DNA of 64,000 nucleotides from Magallana gigas (taxonomy: Eukaryota), in the NCBI RefSeq assembly GCF_963853765.1, contig NC_088860.1, positions 372,001 through 436,000 of the forward strand, read 5' to 3'. Positions 39,601-49,785 of this stretch are shown in pieces. The notes under the pieces were generated by a model. The model searched no databases and had not been told where the DNA came from. It was given only the letters and a program-made list of their open reading frames with translations. The translations under genes were made by a program, and so were the position numbers. Positions within the stretch are counted from its first letter, which is position 1, and each line of letters begins with the position of its first letter.

Positions 39601-42600
39601 TGTTTATTTGAAAATAAGGTTGTAATATGTAGCTCAGAACTAAAAGGTTTATCAAAACTGTCAAATTGAAAGTCATGAATAAATTCAAATGCATATAGCC
39701 TTGCAAAGTAAATTTATTATAACAATTTTCATCAAATCACAAGTACATGTATATATAGATACAAAATCGCATCACATATAAGATGCACATAAATTTGTAA
39801 AGTTACTTAATAAGCTAGAGATCTACATTTCTTAATTACAGAGTATTTATAATGATAAAAAATAGAAATGCTAAAACCTAAAAAGTTTGAGTCACCTGAT
39901 GTTCCATACTTTGATAGTGTAAATCTAACCCAGACAAAGTATGTTTGTGTTGGGATTTGACAGACAAGAGTTTATTTTACAGTTTGAGAAGGCTAAAGAC
40001 CAAGAGGAGCTGAACAAGGCCATTAATTCATTCCAGCAATCACTCCGCAAAAACATCAACGCCCAGAACCTAAAGCGATTTGTCAAGTCTTTCATGAAGT
40101 AAGCCGATCACTCAGATTGAAAAAGTCAAACTTGTTTAAATTTGTAAAAAATAAAATTATGACCTGTGTCATAAATGAAAGTTCTAGCAAATTATGTTTT
40201 TGAAAATAATGTTTTGCAATATCAACCTAGAGAGGATCTTTAGTAATCTGAATATAAAGTATCTCATTGATTCAAGTTAACTAAAATTTAAAAGCTATAC
40301 AGATATATTTGTTACATGTTTTTATTATGGTTTTTGATTGATTGCTTCCATTTAAACCAGATGGTTAAATATTAAATATTGAAAATGATTTTTGCAGGAG
40401 AACTAACATAGCAGAGCAAACTGGAAAAATGAAGTAAGTGATCCTTGGTCATCAAAATGTTTGTGGTTCATTCCCAAAGAATTGTATGACTAGGCTTATG
40501 GCTGGCTATGTAGTCAATATAATTTTTGTAGATACTCTCTAAACACAGTCAATGTTGTATTGACTTGAAATTCAGGATGAACTAAATTTTTTTAAAACGT
40601 AAATAAATACCAGTAGATGAATGAATGTGTACTGTTAATATCAAAAATAAGAATAGATTTCAAGATTCTGGGACCATATAGTTCAAAACATGCGACAGGC
40701 TAGGAATTTATTTTTTTTCATGTCCCAAGATGTTTATGGCAGGGCCATACTGTGTTATTGGCACTCAGACTTCTGCAAAGATTCATGATGTTCTCAAATG
40801 GCATTACAAATGTAAAGATGAAATCCACATTATTTGTTAAGCCTAAGGTGATGGCTTACTTTACGGGTAAACGTACCCTATGTAGTTTGTGTACATAAGG
40901 ACGATGCACCTGGGCTGCGTTTTACAAAAGGACTTACGACTTACTCCCAAATTAATGAATACTAATTAGTCACCAACTAATCAATGAATTATTCTTATGG
41001 ATGGAAAATATACTTATGGGAATTGAATTATTTGTAAACAAATGGTTTTATGTCAGTTTTGTTTTCCAAAGAACATCTTACGAGACAGTAAATATTTACG
41101 ACTTTGTCGTAAGTTCTTTTGTAAAATACAGCCCTGGCTTACTTTACAGCTACCCTTGTAGATAAAAACCATGTAATTTGTCTACTTTATGATGATGGCT
41201 TACGTTACAGCTACCCTTGTAGATGAAATATGCGTAATTTGTCTACTTAATGATGACTTACTTAACAGGTGCCCTGTGCTTCTGGTGACAGGTGCTCTGG
41301 CCTCCTTTAATCACACCGTTCATACACTGGCCGGCTTCATGCTAGCCAAGATGGAGAAAAACAAAGTAGAGATTATAGAAGTGGAGGGAGTCGCAAATGT
41401 CCTTGAGGAAAATGTGAGTGTTTGCAATAATAAATACAAGAGACAAAAAAAGATGAAGCAATGATAAAGTAATGGATGATGAAATTGCATACTTTAACTT
41501 TGTATTGGTTAAATATGACCGTTTTATTTTGCAGCCCGATCGTCTAGCTGAAGCTTTCCTGTATTTCTGTCAGGGACTTGGAGTCAGTAAGTGCATTACT
41601 TATGCCTAACAGAGAAAGACTAACAAACATATACATAGGCTGGGCTGAAACATACGATAGGGATAATTACATTGCTTAATCTAACACAGAGATACAGAAC
41701 TTGTTGTGTAAAAAGAAATAGAGATAATTGCTTAAATCTAAAAGAAAGATACAGATTGTATTGTGTAACTAAATATAAGGATAAGTATATTGCTAACATC
41801 TAACCAAGAGATATAGTCAGACTATAAGTACACTGCTTAAATCTAACAGACAGATACAGATTGTGTTGTGTGTTAAGTTTAGGGACATTGCTTACATCTG
41901 ACAGAGATTCCAGTACATTTTCATAATAGGGATGAGTACATTGCTTACAATTGACGGAGATCCAGATTGTATAACAATGTATAATACACAGCTGACAACA
42001 AACAGAAAGATTCAGATTTTTTGTGTGTGACAAGTATGGAGATAGAACACTGCTTCCATCTAATTAAGAGATTATAAGGACTTCGTTTTGTGACTAACTG
42101 TAGAGAGAAGTGAATTGCTAATTACATGGGTTCTATCTGACACAGGGGCCCAGACTGGCTTGTGTGGTTTAATATGGGATGAGTAAATTATCAAACACTA
42201 GCAGAGGGAAACAGACTCGGAAGTGGGACTAAGTTTGGGGACAGATACATTGCTTATATTTAGCTGTTCAATTAACAGGCTAGTTTTGGATTGTTTTACT
42301 ATTAAAAATAAGTGCAAAAGAGAAAAAGAGTTTTTGTTTACATTGATTAAATATACAGGTTTAAGTTTTCTGTTTCTAACATCGTTTCTATTTCCATGTT
42401 TGTTATGAACATAAATAAACAGTTTCTAGTATTTGTAACATCCATCTTTGTTTAAAACCTGGCATTTTTTGCTCAGTACTTCAAAGTTTAACAATAACAT
42501 TGTATTAGCTTTGTTTTCATAACAAAGAATAGTATGCTGTGTACATCACTTTGAACTCGATAACTTCAGACACTTTAATTCGGGATGACTATTGGACATT

Positions 42601-43338
42601 GTTGACAACAAAAATGAAAAAAATAAAATTTAAAAATTTTCAGCTCAAATCATGATCATGCCCATTCAAGAAGTTATTAATTAACTGTTTGTTTTCTTAA
42701 CATTTGGAGGTAACAATTAAGGAAATTCCAGAAAGCTGGATATTGATGAAGTTTATTTAGGGGAGGGGGCTGCTTAATGTTTTATCATTATCAAGAAGCA
42801 AATGTGACAAAGCCTCGGCTAGCGTGTGACCTAAAGTCTTGTGCTATGTTAGTGTGATTGACTGGCCAGATCTTACAAATGTTTGCCACTTCTTTCCCAA
42901 GGCTATGCAATAATGTAAAAAAGAGAACATCTTGTGTATACATCACCAAAAGAACATCTCATATATGAAGATCACTCAGAGGACATCTCGTATGTAGATC
43001 ACACAGAGGACATCTCGTATATAGATCACACAGAGGACATCTCATATATAGATCACACAGAGGACATCTCATATATATAGATCACACAGAGGACATCTCT
43101 TATATAGATCACACAGAGGACATCTCTTATATAGATCACACAGAGGACATCTCATATATATCTCATACAGAGGATATTTCATAGATAGATCACACAGAGG
43201 ACATCTCGTATATAGATCACACAGAGGACATCTCTTATATAGATCACACAGAGGACATCTCATATATATCTCATACAGAGGATATTTCATATATAGATCA
43301 CACAGAGGACATCTCGTATATAGATCACACAGAGGACA

Positions 43339-43384
<46 letters not shown>

Positions 43385-46300
43385 TACAGAGGACATCTCA
43401 TATACATATCACACAGAGGGCATCTCGTATATATATCATACAGTGGACATCTCTTATATAGATCACACAGAGGACATCTCTTATATATATATATATATAT
43501 CATACAGAGGACATCTCATATATATATATCATACAGAGGACATCTCATATATAGATCACACAGAGGACATCTCATATATATATCATACGGTGGACATCTC
43601 TTATATAGATCATACAGAGGACATCTCTTATATAGATCATACAGAGGACATCTCATATATAGATCACACAGAGGACATCTCGTATACAGATCACACAGAG
43701 GACATCTCATATATAGATCACTCAGAGGACATCTCGTATATAGATCACACAGAGGACATCTCATATTTAGATCACACAGAGGAAATCTCTTATATAGATC
43801 ACACAGAGGACATCTCATATATAGATCACACAGAGGACATCTCTTATATAGATCACACAGAGGACATCTCTTATATAGATCACACAGAGGACATCTCATA
43901 TATAGATCACACAGAGGACATCTCATATAGATCACACAGAGGGCATCTCATACATAGATCACACAGAGGACATCTCATACATTGATCATACAGAGGACAT
44001 CTCGTATATAGATCACACAGAGGACATCTTGTATATAGATCATAAAGAGGACATCTCGTATATAGATCACACAGAAAACATCTCGTATATAGATCATACA
44101 ATGGACATCTCATATATATGTAATACAGAGAACGTCTCGAATATAGATCACACAGGATATCTCGTCTATAGATCATAAAGAGGACATCTTATGTATAACA
44201 TACAAAGTTTATCTTATGATAAGTTACATATGTAGATTTGACAACAAATAATAAACAAATGGCTTTGAATATCTCACAGAAGATAGTCTAAATGATCCCT
44301 TTACTAACTCTGACTGACAGCATGTTACAATTTTTGTTTTTTTCCTTACCAGAAATGTTTCCAGTTTGAAATAAGGGTTGCTGGACCTGTTCAAGATTGC
44401 CCTAAATTCGTTTTATCTTTTAAAACTGTATTCTTTAAATAGAAAAGATGAAATCCTGCTTGAGTTGACCATAATATTGACATGTAAGCATGACTTGTCT
44501 TAGGGCCGAGGCGGGTGAGCTTTCGGGCGACACTGGAGCCCCATGTGGAGTGATGGTTAGGGGGTCACTATTTCTGTCTCTGGGGTAAGCTATGTGTGCT
44601 TGTTCCCTTAGATCTGTACTCGGCAGCTGCTAACTGTTTGGGCCGCTATAACTTGTAACAGGGTGTAGGGACTCAATCTTTTAAACTGTTCCCATTGGAA
44701 GACTGTTATAAATATGGAGATCAACACTGCATGTTCTGCATTCAAACATATATTAATGTGAATGTGCTGGAAATTTTTTGGTTGAAACTTAACCAATTTA
44801 AGAGCCTTTATAAGTGTTTCTCAATAATGGTCTTCGAGCCCCATTAGATATAAATACTGTACTGGGTAAGCAGCACAGTCAAACCTCTTTATACTTATAT
44901 ATTATACTTGAACAAGCAAAGATATCATATCTCTTTGACCTTTTTATTTAAATGAATGATTTAAAAGAAGAATGAAACTTGTGCATAACAATCTCTCTCT
45001 TTATGTATCTCCCTTTAACATTGATAAATGTATTATCAATAAAAATCAATGATAGATTTATACTATGAATATATCTATACATTATATCAAGTTCTCCAAA
45101 TATTTATCGAACACTCACAAATTCAGTTACTAGACTAGACTAGTTACACTTTTCAATACTTTTCACTTCTATAGATTTTGTTTGTTAATTACTGTACGGA
45201 GGTTTAAGGTAGCTCGCGGGTTTACATGCTTGTGAGAAAACCTACCTTGAAAATTTGTCCACGTGATCCATAGGTTTTATAGTTTTATTTCTAAAAAATT
45301 TTTAAGATTCGTCTGCGCAGTAATAATGTTATCGTGATACAAATACAGTGTCATTAATAAAATCAAGCAACACCATTTCAATGAAATATATAGTAAAATG
45401 CACATTTTAACCGAGAAACGCATAACAAAACTATGCTCCAAACTTTTAAACGATTCAGACGAAATTAATCATACTCAACAAAAAAACAGAGGAGATAATT
45501 ATGAATCAATTCATAAAAAAATATCAGTATGTGTTCTAGGCCAATTTTTGGCAAAAAAACTTTAAAGATTTAAAAGATTTCTCAAAACCTTATATTTTCA
45601 TTACGACGTTAGCCTGACGTCATCATTTCCTTACTTATTAGAACACCAAAATTGAAATGCATTTATTGACAAGACTAGCTGTTTAACACATTTTAGAACA
45701 TGTAAATGCTTATTAGACATTATTGTGAATGTTATCAAATGCAATTAATGTAAGGCTGTAAAGATACAGAAAATTGCTATTTTTGTTTTTATGAAACTCT
45801 GAGTCAATCAATGCAAAAATAAAATGCCAGGCAACTACTGACATTATTTTAAAGTAAGTAATCGAATAAAACAGTTATCTCAAGACAAAAGAAATTTAAG
45901 AATTTAATCGGTAGTACAGATTACGGAAGTTATAATTGTAAAAAAAAAAAAAAAAGCAAAGTTAATGCATACATTCTATTTTAAAACATGACTTTAAATG
46001 GAAGAGTTCTAACGCACATTCATTCTTTATCTTTATAGAAACAAAATGTGACAATGTATGTGACATGCATCTTTAAATTTTCAGCACTTGATATTATAGA
46101 TCTTTGTATAAACAGTCATAAACCGCATATAAGCTTTTTAAAATATTTTCTTTTATACTTCTAAATATCTCATTTGTCATTTCAAAAAAAAATTATGAGT
46201 TTACTATGACGGTCAACTCTTTACGTCGATTCCTATTGTGACGTCAGCAAACCCGCGAGCTACGTTAAGTGCTAACAAAAAGAATAGTGTATAGGTATGC

Positions 46301-47573
46301 AGAGTGCATTTTGATAGAACTTTCTTTGCCTTTAGGCATTCAGTTTTGATTCCTAATCTGTTTCTGCTTTACACAAGTGCTATCCCTTCACATATCCTTC
46401 ATTTGAAATGCTAGGATTTCTTATTACAGAAGATTTATGATTAAGAAAACAAAGTTTGTGGGGAGTATCATCCAGCAGCTTACCTGCCTACAGCTCAAAC
46501 ACTGCACTATCTCTCTGTCCTTGTTTCTGCTAGCCAAAAGTCTGTCCCCTGTGTCAGGGTTTACAAGGCTCATTCTGGTCAGTCATTCTGGCTTGTCCTA
46601 AGGGAAAACATTAACATCTCAAGGCACACCAATCAAACAGGATTGGGTACTCCTCTAACAAAATCACTGTGTCGATGTCCAGGTGCTTGAGAGTTTGGGA
46701 ACTCTTGGCATCTGTTGTGGGTGATTTAGTTTACAGCTGATTGCAGAGAAAGAACCAGTGACAAACTGTCCAATCAGTTCACAGCTTCACCTGACCATGT
46801 CAATCACAGCCATGTTCATCCATCTTTTCTCTTTTACACAACCTGAATTATTCACATTCATATCAATATTAGAATGCAAAGATAAATAATTACATTCTTA
46901 ATATACATAAAAATGAAATAATTACTGATTTACATTTAATTGAGATGTTTTTGCATGTGTAAATTCTCAATATGTATTTTATTTGTTGTGATAATATTCT
47001 TGTAAAGTTCTCAATACAAATATTATACAGAAGTGAATGGGTTGATGATTTAATTTGTATTGAGAGTAAATTCGAGGAATTTTGAGCATCATGAATGACT
47101 TGGAGTGGTAACAAAAGCTGAGTAAGGCTTATGTTTATCAGATTAATTTGAAATAACTCCCCAAAAAGCAGTATTTCAAATTAGATTAATAAATTAATAC
47201 ATATATGTTCATCTTTCTGGAATTGACAATGCATAGCAATTTGCAATGTTTTTTTAGAGAAATTTTTAATTATATTTGTTAATGGAGACCAGTAGCTTTA
47301 TTGCTTGAATAGTTTGACTAAAATAACTACCCTGTACACTTGTGTTATCAATCTGATTTTGTTTTAGTTGGTGGAGTGCCGATGCCCCGAATGACTAGAG
47401 CCAATTCTGCAGAAAACCCAGAGATCCTGACAAGGAGAACTCGCAGCTTGTCAATGGAGGAAGCAGACAAGCCACTTGGCATCTATTCCTCTAGCCCGGG
47501 CCGCGTGGGTAGCCCCATCAAGCCAGGTACCAGCCCAGGCAAAGGGACCCTGTCCACCAGCCCACCCAGTTAA
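15665..47573 (+). CDS. NDRG/Ndr-family alpha/beta-hydrolase-fold protein (invertebrate ZK1073.1-like branch), 358 aa
   Basis: Exons 15665-15670 (ME), 15876-15926, 16663-16720, 23132-23249, 30235-30297, 30539-30599, 32168-32254, 33919-33996, 39983-40098, 40398-40433, 41269-41413, 41535-41586, 47368-47573 sum to 1077 nt with matching phases. Motifs: TVHDLGCNH, IHVDIPGQEDNAPDLP, YNFPSM, GIGEGAGANIVARFA, CPVLLVTG, PDRLAEAFLYFCQGLG, and a C-terminal RTRSLS. Confidence 0.9.
16980..17550. mobile_element. Long-TIR MITE, probable 9-bp TSD (Mutator-like)
   Basis: About 130-bp inverted termini (TAGCTGCAGGTCTGTATCTCCCGG...); flanks cgtgtactt and catgcactt (7/9 identical). Confidence 0.75.
18228..21090 (-). 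mobile_element. 5'-truncated non-LTR retrotransposon (LINE; RTE-X or L2/CR1-group-like, clade not resolved)
   Basis: Long RT ORF plus 3'UTR ending in gggcccttgattggtgaataaataaa and (TA)n near 18228-18250; no endonuclease domain present; boundaries approximate. Confidence 0.88.
18612..21152 (-). CDS. LINE ORF2 fragment: reverse transcriptase plus C-terminal Cys/His domain
   Basis: 846-aa ORF with KAPGLDNI, NYRGIT, QIGF, FVDFQKAFDTV, GVKQGDNLSPNLF, YADD, YKYLGV and C-terminal RFRISAHRLNIERGRY...C..C...DEKHFLFSC. The first ~30 aa are probably not native. Confidence 0.92.
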   Translation of the reverse strand: MSINKTSFQYSVFFSIHTGSQIIVHILLTNYSAYIADKSLKKCKITRKTKKKGQKWFDSDLISMRRNLLNYGKIYSKYPKDPSVKNHFYKLYREYTKSRKYKCRQYKQSILKKLETLHEENPRSYWKLIDKLRGIERDNVSEAVDPPTWVSHFQNLNIPKPKFTQRLIQLENILTELEKEKCFTELDSHISIAEISNAISKLKSGKAPGLDNISNYMIKCGQTVLLPSLHKLFNGCLTFGYYPKLWSSGYITPIHKSNDISDPNNYRGITVTNAIGKLFNKILDIRLDKFLEKYHIIDDCQIGFTRKARTSDHMYILKTIIDKYCSTKDGRVYACFVDFQKAFDTVIHTGIKIKLLKIGVGTNFYNTIKSMYSSSKSCIKLEHNITDFFPIKMGVKQGDNLSPNLFKIFINDLPKYLHLSADPVFLNSNPINCLMYADDIILLSSSADGLQQKLNILQKYCNDWCLNINTSKTKIIVFNKAGRLSKSKFNFADVELECVSEYKYLGVSFCSSGSFSFAQKQLYQKALKSFFKLKKDFISMNPDIKTTIYIFDHTIKPILMYGAEIWGYFNPFAKKIHPGCTMDKIYSSTLCDKLHLKFCKSILGVHKSATNFAVLSELGRFPLHFDIIRSMLSYWYRLENQSQSFPLLYNAYCESKQLFQQNTPSWYGSIHFLTNSIDGTNNLLSVTKQKFKRALRDYLFKYFIKEWNSKFTIHADKKLSCYSTFKQNFGQENYLRLLKNFEQRRSLTRFRISAHRLNIERGRYQDIPRQERYCNRCNVKSVDDEKHFLFSCDHNKALRDTLYKLANDSCKNFQYMDNNQKFYWLMTTEDLQVLVQLSEMILKGGI
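22572..22746. repeat. 35-bp minisatellite, 5 copies, rich in AGGTCA
   Basis: Unit aaaaggtcacaatgacacaaggtcagatttttggt. Confidence 0.9.
23250..24780. repeat. About 32-bp minisatellite (with a dimeric higher-order part) starting at an NDRG exon donor
   Basis: Unit cactgccagtagcttcatagtatagtatagcaagg, drifting to cactgccagtagctccacagtatgtatagcaaaa. Confidence 0.92.
25955..25990 (+). CDS. Candidate 36-nt cassette exon of the NDRG-family gene (HPPRRGAGNSL)
   Basis: ttttttgttaactag|...|gtaatg, phase 2-2 matching flanks, stop-free, GC-rich patch. Confidence 0.3.
26107..26175. repeat. 13-bp tandem repeat
   Basis: agttgtcagtga(t/g), about 4-5 copies. Confidence 0.85.
26650..28200 (-). pseudogene. 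Highly decayed coding-like relic, possibly a Mutator-like transposase
   Basis: Stop-interrupted, protein-like stretches such as KINIRYDGR and IDDLAQR with codon-like composition inside an NDRG intron; family assignment tentative. Confidence 0.3.
29310..29935 (+). mobile_element. Degenerate Helentron/pearl-like element with internal tandem units
   Basis: gggtgacctatagtgat...gtctgtctgcc...gtcc head followed by repeated cagagtgcct...aagggtgtgcagtgaccttgaa units. Confidence 0.5.
29985..30240 (+). repeat. 39-bp tandem repeat of a 3' splice site
   Basis: AG|CTATAA junctions at 30080, 30117, 30156, 30195 and 30234. Confidence 0.88.
30690..31181. mobile_element. Second copy of the ~495-bp TA MITE
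   Basis: Same termini and collinear interior as 8882-9376. A degenerate third copy lies near 34465-34910. Confidence 0.85.
32270..33800. repeat. 25-33-bp minisatellite with variable (GACA)n
   Basis: Unit aataggacacaacataccacagacagac. Confidence 0.95.
36196..36201 (+). CDS. Candidate 6-nt microexon (VL) of the NDRG-family gene
   Basis: ttttttattcgtcttttgcattacag|GTACTG|gtgagt in a phase-0 intron, with TGC just upstream of the acceptor. Confidence 0.4.
38045..38690. repeat. 39-45-bp minisatellite
   Basis: Unit agtgagagtctaatgttaatgaaatgttcaaatctcttcac with an optional atacag or aaacag insert. Confidence 0.93.
38690..39015. repeat. 22-bp minisatellite abutting the previous array
   Basis: Unit aatatgaatgagcgtgggattc. 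Confidence 0.93.
40913..41133. mobile_element. Harbinger-like MITE with CTG TSD
   Basis: CTG|GGCTGCGTTTTACAAAAGGACTTACGAC ... GTCGTAAGTTCTTTTGTAAAATACAGCC|CTG. Confidence 0.7.
41587..42270. repeat. Degenerate tandem repeat starting at an NDRG donor site
   Basis: Recurrent (a/g)taagt(a/g)catt(g/a)ctta..ctaacaga.a.acagattgt units. Confidence 0.6.
42930..44190. repeat. 27-bp minisatellite with internal (TA)n
   Basis: Unit gaggacatctcttatatagatcacaca. Confidence 0.95.
44504..44553 (+). CDS. Candidate alternative terminal coding exon of the NDRG-family gene (RPRRVSFRATLEPHVE*)
   Basis: gacttgtcttag| acceptor; phase-1 reading gives 16 aa then TGA; donor g|gtaagc follows at 44585; GC-rich island in an AT-rich intron. 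Confidence 0.3.
45208..46264. mobile_element. Non-autonomous TTAA-TSD element (Kolobok-like)
   Basis: TTAA|GGTAGCTCGCGGGTTT ... AAACCCGCGAGCTACG|TTAA; no ORF. Confidence 0.75.
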
Positions 47574-49062
47574 AGCAGGCCTGGCACGAAACCTTGCAAC
47601 CTCCTCGGCAGACAAATCCTCTTTTAACATTTTGGATTTTTGTTGTTAGGTTTCTTTCTGATTTCGTCTTTTTTATCCAATGTTAGGAATAGCTGCATTT
47701 TGTTTTCCTTAGTTTTACCATGGGAACTAACATGGTTGTCAATTTAACTACTGCCATGTTTAATAACTCTAATTCATTAACTACATAATCCAAAGGGCAT
47801 TGGTCAAACAAAATTATAATCTAAAATAAATTACCGGTATAAGGGAATTTTAACTTTTAAATAATAGGATTGCATATCATCTAATAGTGGAGCATGAGCT
47901 ACTCTTAGAAAAATTATCTATGTGTTTTCTGAAATAAAACACAAAATACTTGAGATTGAAGTATCCATCCACTGCTGATGATGAAATAACCCCCACTTTA
48001 CCTAGTATAGATTAGATATACCATGAAGTATTATCTTTTGATTACCAAAGTGTCCATTCTTATCCTGTCCTTAACTCAAGCATTTTTTCTTTGGCTAGTC
48101 ATACGTATCGTATCACTATAACAATGTATGAGGCATTTCATTAGGCTTTTGTAGAAAGTTTAGAATTAGTAGGTAACATTATTTTTTTTAATGATTTGTT
48201 TGTGTATTCTCTGATTACTATGCAGAATTTTTATGTTGATGTTCAAGTTTTTATTTTTGTACTGAGATCTGTTCAGCCATATGATTGGTTTAACTGTCAA
48301 TGGTGATTCTAACACCTGGCTGTGTATATTATGTGTGCCATGCCAAGTTAACATGTACACTAACTCCAGCAAGCCGGCTCTGTCTAATCAGAACAGCCAG
48401 CAGTGTGTTGTGGGTGTAAATGAGTACTCTCCCTCCCCTAAATTGCTTGGCTGTTCCATTAACTGCTGTTACACTGGGTATCTGACCATCACCTGATGGT
48501 CAAGGACATTTGAATATATAATCAGGTCATTATCAATATTATGGCAGGGTACCTTATAGACTGCATCTTAAGATGGAGAAAAACATTTCATTGTAGACGG
48601 TTGTGGGACTCCTTTTTATCCGGAACTATTCTGTGCTTGTAGGTTTAGTTTCCCCCTTTACTCGTGGTCTCTCTATATATGTGTACAATTCTGGTCACTC
48701 AAAGTACTACTTAAAAAGTCGTTTTACCTATGTAGATGTGCAATACTGTATTGGCTTTTTGTGCAAATGAAAACAATAAATAAACAATACATATCCAAAC
48801 AATTGTTAAAATCAAGGAAAATGTTATTAACATTTAGAATGTTTTCTACCAAAACTTGACTGTACCTTTGTAGTCATTTTTCTGCAGAATCTCCTTTGGT
48901 TAGACTAGAGTGTGTTTGTTTTGTGGGTGATAATTGATCTATAATATGTGTTTTATTGACTTGCAAGTTTCATTGACAGTTTAGTTTTGTAGATGTTTAT
49001 TGAATAAAGTTTGAAGCGACATGCTTGTTTTGTATTTTATTTCGTTCCTGGTTACTCAACTA

Positions 49063-49783
49063 ATTTTTAGTTCATCAAGACGAAGTCAGGAGGAGCTTAT
49101 GCTATACCCTCGGTGTCGGCGTCCTGACCTGGTTAAAGTTTTTTTTTTTTCAGGTCCTGTATCTAAGTTATTACTTGACCTATCTTCCCTAAACTTGCAT
49201 GGGTGGTGCATCTGGACCTACTTATGGACTTTAAAGACCTGGATGCTGAATCTTGGCCATGATTTTCAGATGCTGGAGGAGGCTATGGTTTTTTGAGAAG
49301 GTTAAAGATTTTGATGCAGGTGCCCTTTGATAGCAATATCTAAGTTACTACTGGTCCTACTACTTCACCAATCTTGCAATCGTGGGTATTATGATACTGA
49401 TGCACCAGACAGCTTGAATGCTGAATCTGAGCCATAGGGTTCGGATACTGGAGGAGGTTAAGGTTTTAAGATCATGTTAAAGTTTTTGAAACAGGTGCCC
49501 TCTGATGATGATACCTTAGTTATTACTGGTCCTATCTTCACCAAACTTGCATGGATGGTGCGTCTCATGATATTGATACACCAGACAGGCTTGAATGCTG
49601 AATCTGAGCCATAGGTTTCAGATGCTGGATGAGGCTTAGTTATTATGGAACAGGTCACATAAGTAATAGATAATAGTACTATTTCAAACTTGCATAGTTG
49701 ATTAACCTATAATTAAAGTGAATCGCAGAAGTAGCTTCAGATGCAATGCCTCATCTCCATTATCAAGGATGCTAAAACATATA
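49063..49783 (+). mobile_element. Helentron/HINE-like non-autonomous element with internal ~150-bp tandem units; interrupted by Tc1 and continuing at 51290-51436 and 53730-53870
   Basis: Starts tttttagttcatcaagacg...agcttatgctataccctcggtgtcggcgtc; repeated units accaaacttgcatgg...tgaatgctgaatctgagccatagg. Confidence 0.6.
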
Positions 49784-49785
49784 TA

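Noticed and set aside
43069-44176. ORFs with RCPLCDLY (CxxC, zinc-finger-like) or DHTEDISYI repeats
   Set aside because: Translations of a 27-bp minisatellite, open on both strands because the unit is a multiple of 3; no splice or start context.
6635-44190. Regularly spaced repeats resembling CRISPR arrays
   Set aside because: Units are contiguous with no unique spacers, there are no cas genes, and the context is eukaryotic introns.
46440-46800. GC-elevated intronic patch with an antisense donor-like site
   Set aside because: No open frame or matching acceptor; function cannot be supported.
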